NCBI RefSeq assembly: GCF_009914755.1
Contig: NC_060942.1
From: the human T2T-CHM13v2.0 reference genome, Homo sapiens
Reading direction: 5' to 3' (one strand)
Length of the DNA: 64,000 nucleotides
Below are positions 13,701-28,724 of the stretch, piece by piece. The first letter of the stretch is position 1. The number at the start of each line of letters is the position of its first letter. Below the pieces are notes generated by a model. The model was not told where the DNA came from, made no database searches, and worked only from the letters and a program-made list of their open reading frames with translations. Made by a program: the position numbers and the translations under genes.

Positions 13701-16150
13701 GTATCTGATACAAGGGTCGAGTCAGAGGTGTTTATTCCCTGATAATTTATAACTGCTGCTATGACAGACCCAACTCTCCTTTTTAAGGACTCTCCAGGGA
13801 GTGTATTAACCAGAGAAGACTGCTCTTAGCTTTAGGATTAAGAGAGCAAACTAGCACTGCCCTGACAGGTAAGAGCAGCACTATGCATAGACAGTGAGCA
13901 GTGTCTGATTGGAGAGGCAAAAAGCCCCTCTGCGCAAACACACACAAAATAACTCCCCAATAGCCTTCAAAAAATCCTATGGTTATATTTATTCCCAGGG
14001 ACTAAGGTCTTTTATAACCCCATGAAGACCCAACAGGATTGACACATTCACCTGGGTCATTAGAGAACTAGAAGCATTGATTGTGAAACTGGAAAGAGCC
14101 TTGGGGGAATCATCCAGTCCATCACCATTTGCTTATCAGATAAAGCAATTGGGAAATTGAGAGCTACTAAAGTTCATCTAGTGTAGAGAGGTCTCTTGAC
14201 ATGTGGTCTGATGTTCTTTCTATTGAACCAACCACTGTGCACTCAGCAGAGAAGTCCAAAATGAATGGTTGCTGGGGCAGACAGGTTTTGATGAGGGAGG
14301 AAAGACCAGGTGGGATGTGGCCCCCAAAAGGCAGGTCCTGATTGGGAAGCTCTCACAGGGAGGACATCAGAGAGAACTGAATGGGCGAGGAGCAATGCGG
14401 CAGAAAAGACAAACAGGAGTTTGGTGTTTTGTTTGCTTATTTATTTCTGTCTTACCCGAGAGCTTTGACTACAGAATTTACCTTTGGATGTATGAAAGAT
14501 TTCATTTAATATGTTTGAGCTTGGCAAAGTTATTGTGATATCATTATTATCTTATACTTGTGCCAGGCTTCCCCTCTTATTAATACTTTCATAAACATTG
14601 CCATATTTGAGCTTCCCAATAATCTTGTAAACTAGCAAAAGATATAGGAAGTATTATTACTTCCATTTTATATGAGGGTAAACATGGGACCTAGGAGTAA
14701 TTAACAAGGAACTTGAGTAAAGAAACTTACAGCCACAGAATAAAGTTAATGGTGAACACTCAAAGTCACCTCTTTATTTGAAAAAGAAAAAATACATTTC
14801 TATTATTAGCAACCTGATCGAATTTTTTTCCCAGAAGTCCTGAGGGAAACCAGACATTCAGAAAATTGTATCATAAAAGTAGTAAGGGAGTGTAAATTAG
14901 GAGGAGGAAAGAAAAAAGATTGCAGTTAGAGACTTCTATAAAACAGTAACTTTAACAATTCTACTAAGGGCAAGGGGGAGAATGAAGAGAGGAAGGGTGC
15001 CCACAGGGAGGAAAAATGCAGGGAGGAAGAGGGTAATGTGTCCTTTATATCCTAAGAAGAGTCTTAGATTATTTTGACAGCTCCCGGGGGGCATCTGTAG
15101 TGTTAAGGTCAAAAATACATGAACAGAGAGTTATAGCTGTGCCCATGGGGGGCCTTTTAAAAAAGAAAATGCTGCATATATCACTGGAGAATGTTATACT
15201 ACAATGCAATATATACATTATAGGGGTAAACTGGGGACGGATTATTGTTCCCAGTCCCTTCCATTTTCATGCAAAAGGTCTATCTAGCCAAGAGTCATGT
15301 TGTAAAGCTGTAGTAAGTAAGCCTTTAATCTTTGCCTACAGTGTAGAGAAGTCAACTTTTTTAAGTTGCAGGGTTAAAAGGGAGATAAAACATTACTGTA
15401 CAGGCTTGGCAGGATCACAACACATTTCAACGGATTTGGTGTAGGCCTCTCTTCTTAAATGAAACCGTATCTGCTGCTTGCTCTCTGGGGAAATTCATAT
15501 CTTATGCATGGTAAAAATAAACAGCTCACAGAGCATCTTTCATGTCCTAGCTCACAAAATTAAAAGCACAGAGGTAAACAGAAGAATGTCACAAAACAGA
15601 ATGAATATGTAACAACAGGAAAATCCAATTAGAATTCCAACCCTGCTTACAGGTAGTAGGGAAGCAAGAAAAAGCAGGAATGAGTTACCTAAAGAAGAGC
15701 CATTCACACTACAAGGGCTCTAGGGGCTGAAGAAACTGAGGGAGAATTATCTAAATTCACAGATTTGTAGACTTATGAGGCTTTGTTTTCTGGACCCAAA
15801 GCCCCCAGTTTTCCTTGGTGAGACAGCACTGTCTGAAATCGCCTTGGACCACAATTTCCCAGATCTGTAAGAGAAACATTGCTGCCACCTCCTGTTCACT
15901 TTCAGTAATGTTGCCAGAAGAAACCAGCCCTCTGAGCTCTTCCTGCTGGAATAAAAGTTTTCATTCACCACTGGTTTCAGTACAGCCCATTTTTGAAGCT
16001 GAGATTTTTTTACCTCAAATTTAAAAGCACAGGTGACTTGCACCTCACTTCTAGGCATTAATGGTGCACCAGGGAGACACCTAGAAACCAATCTTTAAAA
16101 ACTGGACCTGTGGTTTTATTTTTATAAACAAAGTCATTTCTATCCTCCAG

Positions 16151-16318
16151 GTGTAATTAGGACAGCGCTCATGAACATGGACAGAGAAGCCAAAGAATAC
16201 TACGAAGTGATTATCCAAGCCAAGGACATGGGAGGGCAGCTTGGAGGATTAGCTGGGACCACAACAGTGAACATCACCCTCTCAGATGTCAATGATAACC
16301 CACCCCGCTTTCCCCAGA
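16151..16318 (+). CDS. CDH20: CDH20 coding exon 4 (EC2 to EC3 linker)
   Basis: cctccag|GTGTAATT ([13 protein letters not shown]...AKDMGG...[11 protein letters not shown]) A|gtgagt; 168 nt. Confidence 0.97.
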
Positions 16319-17349
16319 GTGAGTACCTAACCCAAGAGAGCACAGACCTCGGGCCCAGAGGGACGCACCCGTTGCAGAGGTGCGGGAGAAAGCCCAGTTT
16401 GAGTTTCCTCATTAAATTCAATTATCCATAGATTCCTTTCTTACATTCATCATGCAATTCTCGCATAACTATTTGCCTTCAGTGTTCCAGCTTCCCATAG
16501 TACTAAACCAGGATTTCTCAAACATATTTTTCCATTTTCTCCTCCCTGTGGAATCTTTTTAGACTTTCTTTCCTGATTGCCACGCCCACCCACCCCACAT
16601 AAAATGCAATACTAAGGAATAAGTTTTGTTGGGTAGAACTGGCCTTTAGTGGGCCACAAACTAGTAATGCTGAGACTTTTTTCATCACAGCCCTGGAAAC
16701 CTATTTTTGCCCCCAGGGGGCCATATTGATCCATTGAGAATGCATTCACTGATACCCAAAGCTGTAGATGGCCACACCTGCCCATGTGACGATCTTCACC
16801 AATCACTCCAGTAGGTACCAAGCACTTGCTTGGTGAGACCCCTGGACATGAAGGGCACAGGAGGCTTGGAATCCTGTCTCTGCCCTTGTGAAGCTTCAAA
16901 TCCACTTGGGAGGACACATCCTACACACAAGAAAAATTAAACCGTAGTAGCATTTGCTGCCACTTGAACAGTGCAAGATGATGCCTTCACACAAACTGAG
17001 ATGAATGAAGCCTCCACAGAAGGATGAGATTTCAACAGGGGGCTAAAGAATATAACAGGTTTACATAGGCAGAAAAGAAAACATTCCAGAAGGGGAAGTC
17101 ATTCATTTACTTATTCATTCAAAAAATATTTATTCCAGGCACTATTCTATGAATGGAACACAAAGCTGTATACAGACAAAACAACATCTCTACCATCCTG
17201 GAGCTCATTTGAGTAAAAACCTGAATGGAAGAAAAAAAAACTGCTGCCTGGAAATAAGTTTTCACTGTCACTTTACGTTCAAAGACTCCTAAAATTAAAA
17301 CCTGCTCTTTCAAATGTGCTGTATCTCCAGTGGAAGCCATAGAAACGTT

Positions 17350-17850
17350 TTTGAGCAAGAGGGAGACATAAAGAAAGGCTAATTTGGTAGCCATGTAGAG
17401 GAGGGGTTGGCAAGGGCAGAGACTAGGAGCAGGGGAGTCGGTTAGGAGGCATTTAGAGTGGTCCAGACTTGAACTGCTAAGGACTTAAGGAAATAGCAGG
17501 ATGAGTGGAATGGGACAAATGAGGAAACATGGACTTCTGCCTCTTGATTTCCTGGCTAAGGGAACCATGGCAGAGGGTGGAGTCAAAGATGACAATGACG
17601 TTTTCACTCTGGATGACAGGGAGAAGGATTGTACTACTAATAAAAATAGAGGACGCATAATGGAACGAGTGGCAGTGAAGGAGGGAGACAAATTCAGATT
17701 TGAATATGAAGTGACAGCAGGACAATCAGGTTGAATGTCCTTAAGGAAAGTGGAAATATAGAGCTATGAACGTGGAACAGAGCCCAGGAATGAAGACATA
17801 AGTTTGAGAAGCAGATGCCTGAAGGAAGCAGCGGGAGAAATGAGAGCAGG
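17350..17850 (-). mobile_element. L2 fragment
   Basis: Purine-rich antisense L2-like sequence (ggagtcaaagatgac..., gaagacataagtttgag); boundaries approximate. Confidence 0.6.
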
Positions 17851-18532
17851 AAGTGCAATTCCAGGTGAAACACTTAGCTAGGGAAACGGGGCTTAAAAAA
17901 GAAAAACTAAACTAAAAGGAGGAAGAGTCTAGCCAGACTAGCCAGACTGTCAGATGAATAGTTGCATTTTGAATCAGCCAGACCAAGCTAACCTTCCCTT
18001 GTATCTATGTAAACACAGGAGATCTCAAATATTTACATGCAAATGGAATACACAAAGTCCCCATGAGCATTCATGATGGAAAAAGCAGGATACTAGATAA
18101 GCATTTCACAAAGGGTGCAAGTAACTAAGTTCCTAAGTTGCTTGGTCCAACAGTGCAGAATTCGTATTCTGCATCACAGAACAGTTTGTGAAATGCCACA
18201 TGGATGGACTTTGTGTTGCTTTGGTGATTCTGTGGGTTCCATCTTCATTACTTCATGAAGGGCTCATATTACTCACACTATAGACTATAAATTCTTGAAC
18301 ACCCTTGAACTACTTGGCTTTTTACATTTGACACTAGACAGGTGTCTCTGATGGAGGCAGAAGGGACAGTAGAACCAGCTAATTACATAGCTCAGGTTAT
18401 TACATAGCTCAAAGGTAGATGGATTCGGACATATTGCCGGGAGTCATGTTACCCCAAACATGGCAGCTTCACAATAGCAGAACACTATACAAGGATTACT
18501 GGGGTTTTAGTCTTGCCTCCGAAACCAATATC

Positions 18533-18830
18533 TTTTTTTTTTTTTTTTTTGAGACAGGGTCTTGCTCTGTCACCCAGGCTGGACTGCAGTGGTGCAATCA
18601 CAGCTCACTGTAGCCTCAACCCCCAGGCTCAAGCAATCCTCCCACCTCAGCTCCTGAATAGCCAGAACTACAGGTGCACACCACCATGCCCAGCTAATTT
18701 TTATATTTTTTATAGAGATGGGATTTTGTCATGTTGCCCAGGCTGGTCTTGAACTCCTGGGCTCAAATCATCTGCCTTCCTCAGGCTCCCAAGGTGCTGA
18801 TATTACAGGCATGAGCCACCACACCCAGCC
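18533..18830 (-). mobile_element. AluJ
   Basis: poly-T then gagacagggtc...gctcaagcaatcc; TSD-like aaaccaatatct / aagccaacatct. Confidence 0.93.
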
Positions 18831-20567
18831 TCAAGCCAACATCTTAATACCATTCTAAAGCACACATTTTAAGTTGTCACTTTTTCAAAATATAGTTTTA
18901 ATGGAGACTCCAGGATAGAGTGGAAGCATGGATTATGTTTCATGGAAGACAAAAGAGAAATATAAAAAAGTTTAAATCTCTGTGTCTCTATGCATTCTAC
19001 ACACGTTATCGCTGCTTCCTCTTTTTTGACCTTTTAAAACTTTGCATTCTCTCTTCATTAAATAGTTCCCCATCTATTTGCTAAAACTAAGTTTAGATGA
19101 CCTTGATATTCCATAAACCTATCTTGGCTATACTCTTATGCCTAATTAATCTAATGAGTCTTCATTGTAGGAATTCCATTTTGCTTCTTTTTCACAAATA
19201 TTACTATAACTGATTGTGGAATGTTGACAAAATGATACACCTACTATTTTACATTGAATAAGCTAAGCCACCTTTAATAGAACCAAATATAATGAAACAT
19301 CAAGATCTCAAGCTATTTATTTATAATATAATGTATCATGTAGAAATTGTATGTAGATGTTTAAACATATAACATAGCTTTATTGGGATGAGGAAAACTG
19401 TAGGCAGATGCTTGTTTTTCCCAAAAGTTCTGCAACAGCAAAGTGTAATCCATCAACAACTTTGGAAGTAAATGGAAAGAGATCATGAAATCCAATTCCC
19501 TGCCAGCTTAGTACAAACTTTAAAGATTTCCTGGCTCATGTTTGTAAAGAACAAGCATCATTTCTTCTCCTGCGCAAGGCAGGGTGCTGTGAGCTGGCTG
19601 GGTGCTGTCAACCTCCCTGATTCTTTGTGAAACTTGAGCCCTCACACCTGAGGCTATAGCTTACAAAGCATATTAGAATAAAAGGGAACACGTACATATT
19701 GAAAATGTGATTGTGTGATTTTTCTTTGTTATTTAGTCAGTCACATTATGATTGACAAAATAACAAAAAACGTCAAAAAGTTGAGCCCCAGAAAAAGTAA
19801 GTTGGTAAAAATACGAATTCATGGAGATGAAAGTGAACTAAATTTAATTGTGAGTTCAGGATATCATGTCCAAAAGGAGATGACCAACTCTGAGCTTCTT
19901 ACATATGTGAGAACCTTTTTAGTATTTTATTCTGGAATAAGAAAACAAGAAGCATGAAGGGTCTGTCCATGGAGAGGCAGGCTGGGGCAGTCTGGGGTGT
20001 AAGGACACACTGAGGGGCAGCACATGGAGCTGATGGAGCTTGCTCTCCACGGCTGCCCCCCCTTTATAGATCACTGATCTCCATGACCTCTGATCAGGTG
20101 TTGCTAGAGACAGGCACTCAGCACACAGGCCAGGCCATGAAAAAAAAGATGGACATTTGAAGCGTAAACAGAATAAATACGCACTTTGTGACCACAATGT
20201 TTATCACTCTCAGAAGGAACTGCAATTTAAGGAAATACTTCAGTTCACTAGGAAGCACTAAAAGATTTGAATCCAAGGTACTTCCTACCACTCAAGCTAC
20301 AGTCACTAGGACTAAGTCGTTTTGCTTTCACCCTGTTCTACTGAAGCCTTTTTGACTCCTCCTTATTGAACATCCAATACAGGCTATGGCCTGTATGACC
20401 GTTTGCTCAGCCTTTCTGGACCTTAGTTTTTATCTGTAAAAACTCAAGTTTTACTTTTTGAACCCAGAAAAAAAGATATTTTGCACAGCACTCCTGATAT
20501 GATAATGATGAGGCATTTTTTATAGTGACGGATTATCAAGAATGCGTGTCCTGGCTTTTCTTCGTAG

Positions 20568-20755
20568 AACATTACCAGATGAGTGTGTTGGAATCAGCTC
20601 CAATTAGCTCCACTGTCGGGAGAGTGTTTGCCAAGGACTTGGATGAAGGCATCAATGCAGAGATGAAATATACTATTGTGGATGGAGATGGTGCAGATGC
20701 CTTTGACATTAGCACAGATCCCAATTTCCAAGTTGGTATCATAACTGTGAAGAAG
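20568..20755 (+). CDS. CDH20: CDH20 coding exon 5 (EC3)
   Basis: ttcgtag|AACATTAC (KHYQMSVLESAP...AKDLDEG...GIITVKK)|gtaatc; 188 nt. Confidence 0.97.
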
Positions 20756-21680
20756 GTAATCCAACTCCTTTTTCTAAAACACTTTCATGGGTGCTTTGAA
20801 TGTTTATGAAATGCTAGTAAGGACTGTTGTATTATTGATATGCATTGCTTCAAATCATCTGATAAAAGTGCTTTCCTATTATTTAAAAAAAAAAACACAC
20901 AGAAAACCTCTTAACCCTTATGTTTACATGAAAACACTGGCTGTGCCATCATTTTACTGAAAAGGTACCAGGTCATGATAAAAATATATTATAAATATAT
21001 TTCTAAATACATTCCTTCTACCCAGCCACTTAAAAACCTGTTGTAGCTTAACTTTCTAATGATGTTAATGACTTGATCAACATTTGCACTTGAATAACAT
21101 ATGCATTGTAGCATACCATACCTAACAATAAAGTAAGCCATAATATTATTTATGAATCAATAAATAACATGCAAGGGTTTTTTAATTGCTTCTCAAAGAT
21201 CTGTAAATTCTAATTAAACTTGAAAAAGCTTTATCAAACATAGCTGCTGAATGGCTGTTATCACTTGAAATTCCTTTGTTTTATAAGGTACCAAGATAAG
21301 CTATCAATTCTTTCTGTGACATAAAGCACATATGGATATACTGAGCTAGAAGATAAAACTTTTTAAAAATTGAATCTTTAACTCCATAGTAAATATATAT
21401 CTAATGAAATACATTAATTTTAAATGATATTCTCAACAAATTTATTGAGTGCCACCTATGTGCCAGATATTGTTACAGGCATTTAATACAGAGTAAATAA
21501 AACAACCAAAAACCTCTGCCCTCATGGAGTTTACATTCTAGCAAGGGAAGAAGACAATCAAAACATCAAGTCACTAAAGTAGTTTATTAGAAGGTAATAA
21601 CTGATATGGGAGGGGGAGCCAGGAAGCAGAACAGAACACAATAAGTGAGGCCAGGAAAGCTAAGATGATTTCAAACTTAA

Positions 21681-22438
<758 letters not shown>

Positions 22439-24153
22439 AAATTGGGTGATTGGGACTGGTGTCACAGAGAAGTGGCGTTTATGCAAAGACTTACAGTGAG
22501 CAGACTCATACCACTGAGTTAAGCAGGTTGACAGTGTGGGAGGTGCCCTACAAATGACTCTTTGTGAAAAGCATACGTGGCAGTCCTAGAGAGAAGAAAT
22601 GGGCATGAACTATTGAGGAAAGCGTTCCAAGCAAAAGGACAGCCAGTGCAAAGGCTTTGAGGTGGGACCATGCCTGTTGTATTTCAAGAACAGCAACAGT
22701 GGGGTCATAAGGCTGAGTGGAGGGGGGAACTCTTAGGAGATGAGGTCTGAAAAGTAACAAAGGAGCCAGATCATTTAGGACCATATAAGCTAACTATAAG
22801 GACTTTGGTTTTTACTCTGAGTAAAGTGGGAAATGACTGAAGGATTTTTAACAGATGTATGACATGACTCGGTTTTCATTATAAATACTCAGTAGGCTGT
22901 GTTGAGGTCAGGGGAGTTTAAGGAGAGAAGGACAGAAAGAGGGAGACCAGCTGAGAAGCTATTGCAGTAATCCAGGTAAGAGATGATGAGGGTTTCACCT
23001 AAGTAGTGGGAATGGAGGTGATAAGAAGTGGTCAGAATCTGTACATATTTTGAAAGCAGAGCCAACAGGATTTCCTAAAAACGTGGATGAGGATATGGAA
23101 GAAAGAGAAGAGTCAACCAAGCAACAAGAATGGAATTGCCATTAACTGAGACAGGGAAGTCTGCAAGTAGAGCAGGTGGCAGGGGTGACAAGTATTGGAA
23201 TTCAGTTCTGGACATACATGTGACATTTCTAGAGTCTATTAGACATCAAGTAGAGACGTGTCATGGCTTTGGTTATAAGAGCGAGGAGTTTGTAGAAGGG
23301 TCCTGCACTGGAAATATGAATCTGGGAATCATAAGCATATAGATGGTACTTAAAGCAAATAAAACAAATGAGATTCCAAGGGACTGAGCATAGACAGAAA
23401 AAGGACAGTGAAACGAGCCCTGAGGCACACCAACATGAAGAGGTCAGGGGAAGTGTAAGGACAGGCAAGGAGACTGAGGGGCGACCAGGGAGGCAGGAGG
23501 ATAATGGAGGAAGTGCAGTGTCCTGAAGGCATGAAGAACGTGCTCCCAAGGGATGGAGTGATCACCTGTGACAAATGCTGCTACAGGTCAAATAAGAACA
23601 TCAGGAATTCACCACAGACTTTAGGAACATGGAAGCCACTGACAACCTTGACAAAAACCACAGTTATAACATTAAAATGTAACTCAAGTTAATGGGTGTT
23701 TATAACTTTTTTCTATGCTATTTGATAGAACTGAATTAACACTGCTTCAGAAGGGAATAAGGGACCAGTTCATATGTTTGTTCTGTATTTATTTAAGATG
23801 CAATCAATCACAGCAAAGGAACAGAATCACAGCAAAGGATCCAGAATTCCACCAACCAGAAATCTTTCTATCCTGTAAACAATGACCTTGACACAATGCA
23901 AAAGGCTGAGATTGACTTCTAAATCATCAAATAAATCTAGATGTAATTAAAATACTATAATTTCTTATTCTCATTCTTTGAGAATTAATAACACATGCTA
24001 GAATTATAATAGGTGATTAAAATAACAATACTATTTTGGTATATGTCATAGGTTCCCCTACTATGTGGCATGCCTCAAGTAAACAATAATACATTGCTAA
24101 CCATAACTAGTAACTGTAAATAAGGGAAATGCTCAAATTTTTGAATTATTGGG

Positions 24154-24679
24154 TTTTTTCTTTCTTTCTTTCTTTCTTTTTTTTTTTTTTGTTTATTTGT
24201 TTGAACAGAGTCTCACTCTGTCACCCAAGCTGGGGTGTGGTGGCACAATCATGGCTCACTGCAGCCTTGACCTCTTGGGCTCAAGCAATCCTTCCACCTC
24301 ACCATCCTAACTAGCTGGGACTATAGGCATGTGCCATCACAGCCACCTAATTTTTGTGTTGTTGTTTGTTTGAGACAGGGTCTCTCTCTGTCACCCAAGC
24401 TGGAGTGCAATGGCATGCTCATGGCTCACTGCAGCCTGTAGTCCCAGCTACTCAGGAGGATGAGGTGGAAGGATTGCTTGAGCCCAAGAGGTCAAGGCTG
24501 CAGTGAGCCATGATCATGCCACAGCCACCTATTTTTGTTGTTGTTGTTTTGTTTTGTTTTTGTAGAGACAAGGTCACCCTATGTTTTCCAGGCTGGTCTC
24601 AAACTCCTGAGCTCAAGTGGTACTCCTGCCTCAGCCTCCCAAAGGGCTAGGATTACAGGCATGAGCCACCGCAACCAGC
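24154..24679 (-). mobile_element. Rearranged AluJ (duplicated right arm, internal inversion)
   Basis: Order is right arm(-), partial right arm(-), right-arm segment(+), left arm(-); see findings. Confidence 0.9.
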
Positions 24680-25859
24680 TTTACTGTTTCTTTAGTACGA
24701 AAACTCTATTCAAACAATTAAGCAACCAGAAAAAGAACTTTTGGGATTCTCAATATTTAAATGTTATCTTATGTCTTAAAATAATGTCTGAGATAATTCT
24801 AAATAATAAAATATTAATTTATGTTAGATTATCACAATATAGTTTAGACTGTATTACAAGCCATTTGTTTTAAAAAGTCTATTACCTGTAACAACTCTGT
24901 CTCTGAAAGAAATCTCAAAATGTGTTTTCTTCAGCTCCCTTACCTGCAGAAAAGATGAAGCCTCTTAAGACAGAGTACTGTTTTTCACTGTCATTACTAA
25001 AACGATATCCATGTTTAATCAAAATACATATCAATTTTGCCAAGGTCACTTTGATTTCTCTTCTGAACTTATGAGCTGCCAGAAAATGGAATTAAGAAAA
25101 AGGTCAATAAGTTGGGTAGATGGACAAATCACATATAATAAATATTTTAGAGGCCACTGACAGCTCAGTCTACGCCTTTGCAACAACATTCACTCAGATG
25201 TCTGCTCCACGCCCATCTTCCCACTTTGTCATTAATAATGTCATATAAAATTGAAACAAAAGTTCTGCTTTTGATTTATTTCCCTTAGGCCTATTATTTG
25301 TCTAAGAAGCCCATACTTTTTCAAAAAGAGGAATTGATAGAATTGGGTCTTCAGGACCCCACACTGATTACTACCCAGTACCTTGGGTCTTTTTAGCTTT
25401 TAAGTAATCAATCAGTCGATTTTCAGTCTCTTAAATGCTTGAAGTATAACTTGAAATATATAATTTTCAGGATGTTCTTTATTCTGAATAAGCATGATGT
25501 ACCATTTTCTAGTCTTCTGCATATCTTCCATCTTACGACAAGAAGAAGCAATTGTTTAGAGTCCATTCTCTTCTTAGGCAGGTCATAAAGAATAAAAATT
25601 CTATATTTCATCAAATCTGAGATGTCATGAATTATAAATCTCATCATTGTCTTATGGGTCATTTAAGAACAGTTCTTGCCAATTTAAATAATACAATACT
25701 TTCTTATTTCTTAGTTTAGTGTCTATAAAGTACTCTCGTAGGCACAGTTAGACAAATTTGTTTCACCAATGTTAGATTCACTCCATGCCGCTGTTTCCAT
25801 GCCATTCTCCCTACACAATAAATCTTGTTTCAATGCCAAATCATAATATAATATATTTA

Positions 25860-26737
<878 letters not shown>

Positions 26738-26800
26738 TACGATGTTAGCTGGTGATTTTGCTCGTTAGTTGATGCAGTTTCTTCCTAGTCTCCATGGTCT

Positions 26801-27817
26801 TTACATTTTGGCATGATTTTGCAGCGGCTGGTACTGGTTGTTCCTCTCCACATTTAGCGCTTCCTTCAGGAGCTCTTTTAGGGCAGGCCTGGTGGTGACC
26901 AAACCTCTCAGCATTTGCTTGTCTGTAAAGGATTTTATTCCTCCTTCACTTATGAAGCTTAGTTTGGCTGGATATGAAATTCTGGGTTGAAAATTTTTTT
27001 CTTTAAGAATGTTGAATATTGGCCCCCACTCTCTTCTGGCTTGTAGGGTTTCTGCCGAGAGATCCGCTATTAGTCTGATGGGCTTCCCTTTGAGGGTAAC
27101 CCGACCTTTCTCTCTGGCTGCCCTTAACATTTTTTCCTTCATTTCAACTTTGGTGAATCTGACAATTATGTGTCTTGGAGTTGCTCTTCTCAAGGAGTAT
27201 CTTTGTGGCGTTCTCTGTATTTCCTGAATCTGAACATTGGCCTGCCTTGCTAGATTGGGGAAGTTCTCCTGGACGATATCCTGCAGCGTGTTTTCCAACT
27301 TGGTTCCATTCTCCCCATCACTTTCAGGTACACCAATCAGACGTAGATTTGGTCTTTTCACATAGTCCCATATTTCTTGGAGGCTTTGCTCATTTCTTTT
27401 TATTCTTTTTTCTCTAAACTTCCCTTCTCGCTTCATTTCATTCATTTCATCTTCCATTGCTGATACCCTTTCTTCCAGTTGATCGCATCAGCTCCTGAGG
27501 CTTCTGCATTCTTCACGTAGTTCACGAGCCTTGGTTTTCAGCTTCATCAGCTCCTTTAAGCACTTCTCTGTATTGGTTATTCTAGTTATACATTCTTCTA
27601 AATTTTTTTCAAAGTTTTCTACTTCTTTGCCTTTGGTTTGAATGTCCTCCCTTAGCTCAGAGTAATTTGATCCTCTGAAGCCTTCTTCTCTCAGCTCGTC
27701 AAAGTCATTCTCCATCCAGCTTTGTTCCGTTGCTGGTGAGGAACTGCGTTCCTTTGGAGGAGGAGAGGCGCTCTGCTTTTTAGAGTTTCCAGTTTTTCTG
27801 TTCTGTTTTTTCCCCAT
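26801..27817 (-). pseudogene. L1 ORF1p, full length with a single nonsense codon (codon 110, CGA>TGA)
   Basis: Track ORFs 27488-27817 and 26801-27457 are in the same frame: ...LRS*CDQ...; 1017 nt in total. Confidence 0.9.
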
Positions 27818-28272
27818 CTTTGTGGTTTTATCTACTTTTGGTCTTTGATGATGGTGATGTACAGATGGGTTTTTGGTGTGGATGTCCTTTCTGTTTGTTA
27901 GTTTTCCTTCTAACAGACAGGACCCTCAGCTGCAGGTCTGTTGGAATACCCTGCCGTGTGAGGTGTCAGTGTGCCTCTGCTGGGGGGTGCCTCCCAGTTA
28001 GGCTGCTTGGGGGTCAGGGGTCAGGGACCCACTTGAGGAGGCAGTCTGCCCATTCTCAGATCTCCAGCTGCGTGCTGGGAGAACCACTGCTCTCTTCAAA
28101 GCTGTCAGACAGGGACATTTAAGTCTGCAGAGGTTACTGCTGTCTTTTTGTTTGTCTGTGCCCTGCCCCCAGAGGTGGAGCCTACAGAGGCAGGCAGGCC
28201 TCCTTGAGCTGTGGTGGGCTCCACCCAGTTCGAGCTTCCTGGCTGCTTTGTTTACCTAATCAAGCCTGGGCA

Positions 28273-28581
28273 ATGGCGGGCGCCCCTCCCCCAGACTCGC
28301 TGCCACCTTGCAGTTTGATCTCAGACTGTTGTGCTAGCAATCAGCGAGACTCCGTGGGCCTAGGACCCTCGGAGCCAGGTGCGGGATATAATCTCGTGGT
28401 GCGCCATTTTTTAAGCCCGTCGGAAAAGCGCAATATTCGGGTAGGAGTGACCCGATTTTCCAGGTGCTGTCCGTCACCCCTTTCTTTGACTCGGAAAGGG
28501 AACTCCCTGACCCCTTGTGCTTCCCAAGTGAGGCAATGCTTCGCCCTGCTTCGGCTCGCGCACTGTGCGCGCACCCACTGA
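28273..28581 (+). CDS. L1 ORF0-like open frame (102 aa), C-terminally extended
   Basis: MAGAPPPDSLPPCSLISDCCASNQRDSV...RVGVTRFSRC matches primate L1 ORF0; expression unknown. Confidence 0.55.
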   Translation: MAGAPPPDSLPPCSLISDCCASNQRDSVGLGPSEPGAGYNLVVRHFLSPSEKRNIRVGVTRFSRCCPSPLSLTRKGNSLTPCASQVRQCFALLRLAHCARTH

Positions 28582-28724
28582 CCTGCGCCCACTGTCTGGC
28601 ACTCCCTAGCGAGATGAACCCGGTACCTCAGATGGAAATGCAGAAATCACCCGTCTTCTGCGTTGCTCACGCTGGGAGCTGTAGACCGGAGCTGTTCCTA
28701 TTCGGCCATCTTGGCTCCTCCCCA

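Noticed and set aside
23806-23839. Short direct repeats (aatcacagcaaagga x2; similar pairs at ~18382-18411, ~38437-38469, ~48728-48752)
   Set aside because: Two-copy slippage duplications; not an array or CRISPR-like structure.
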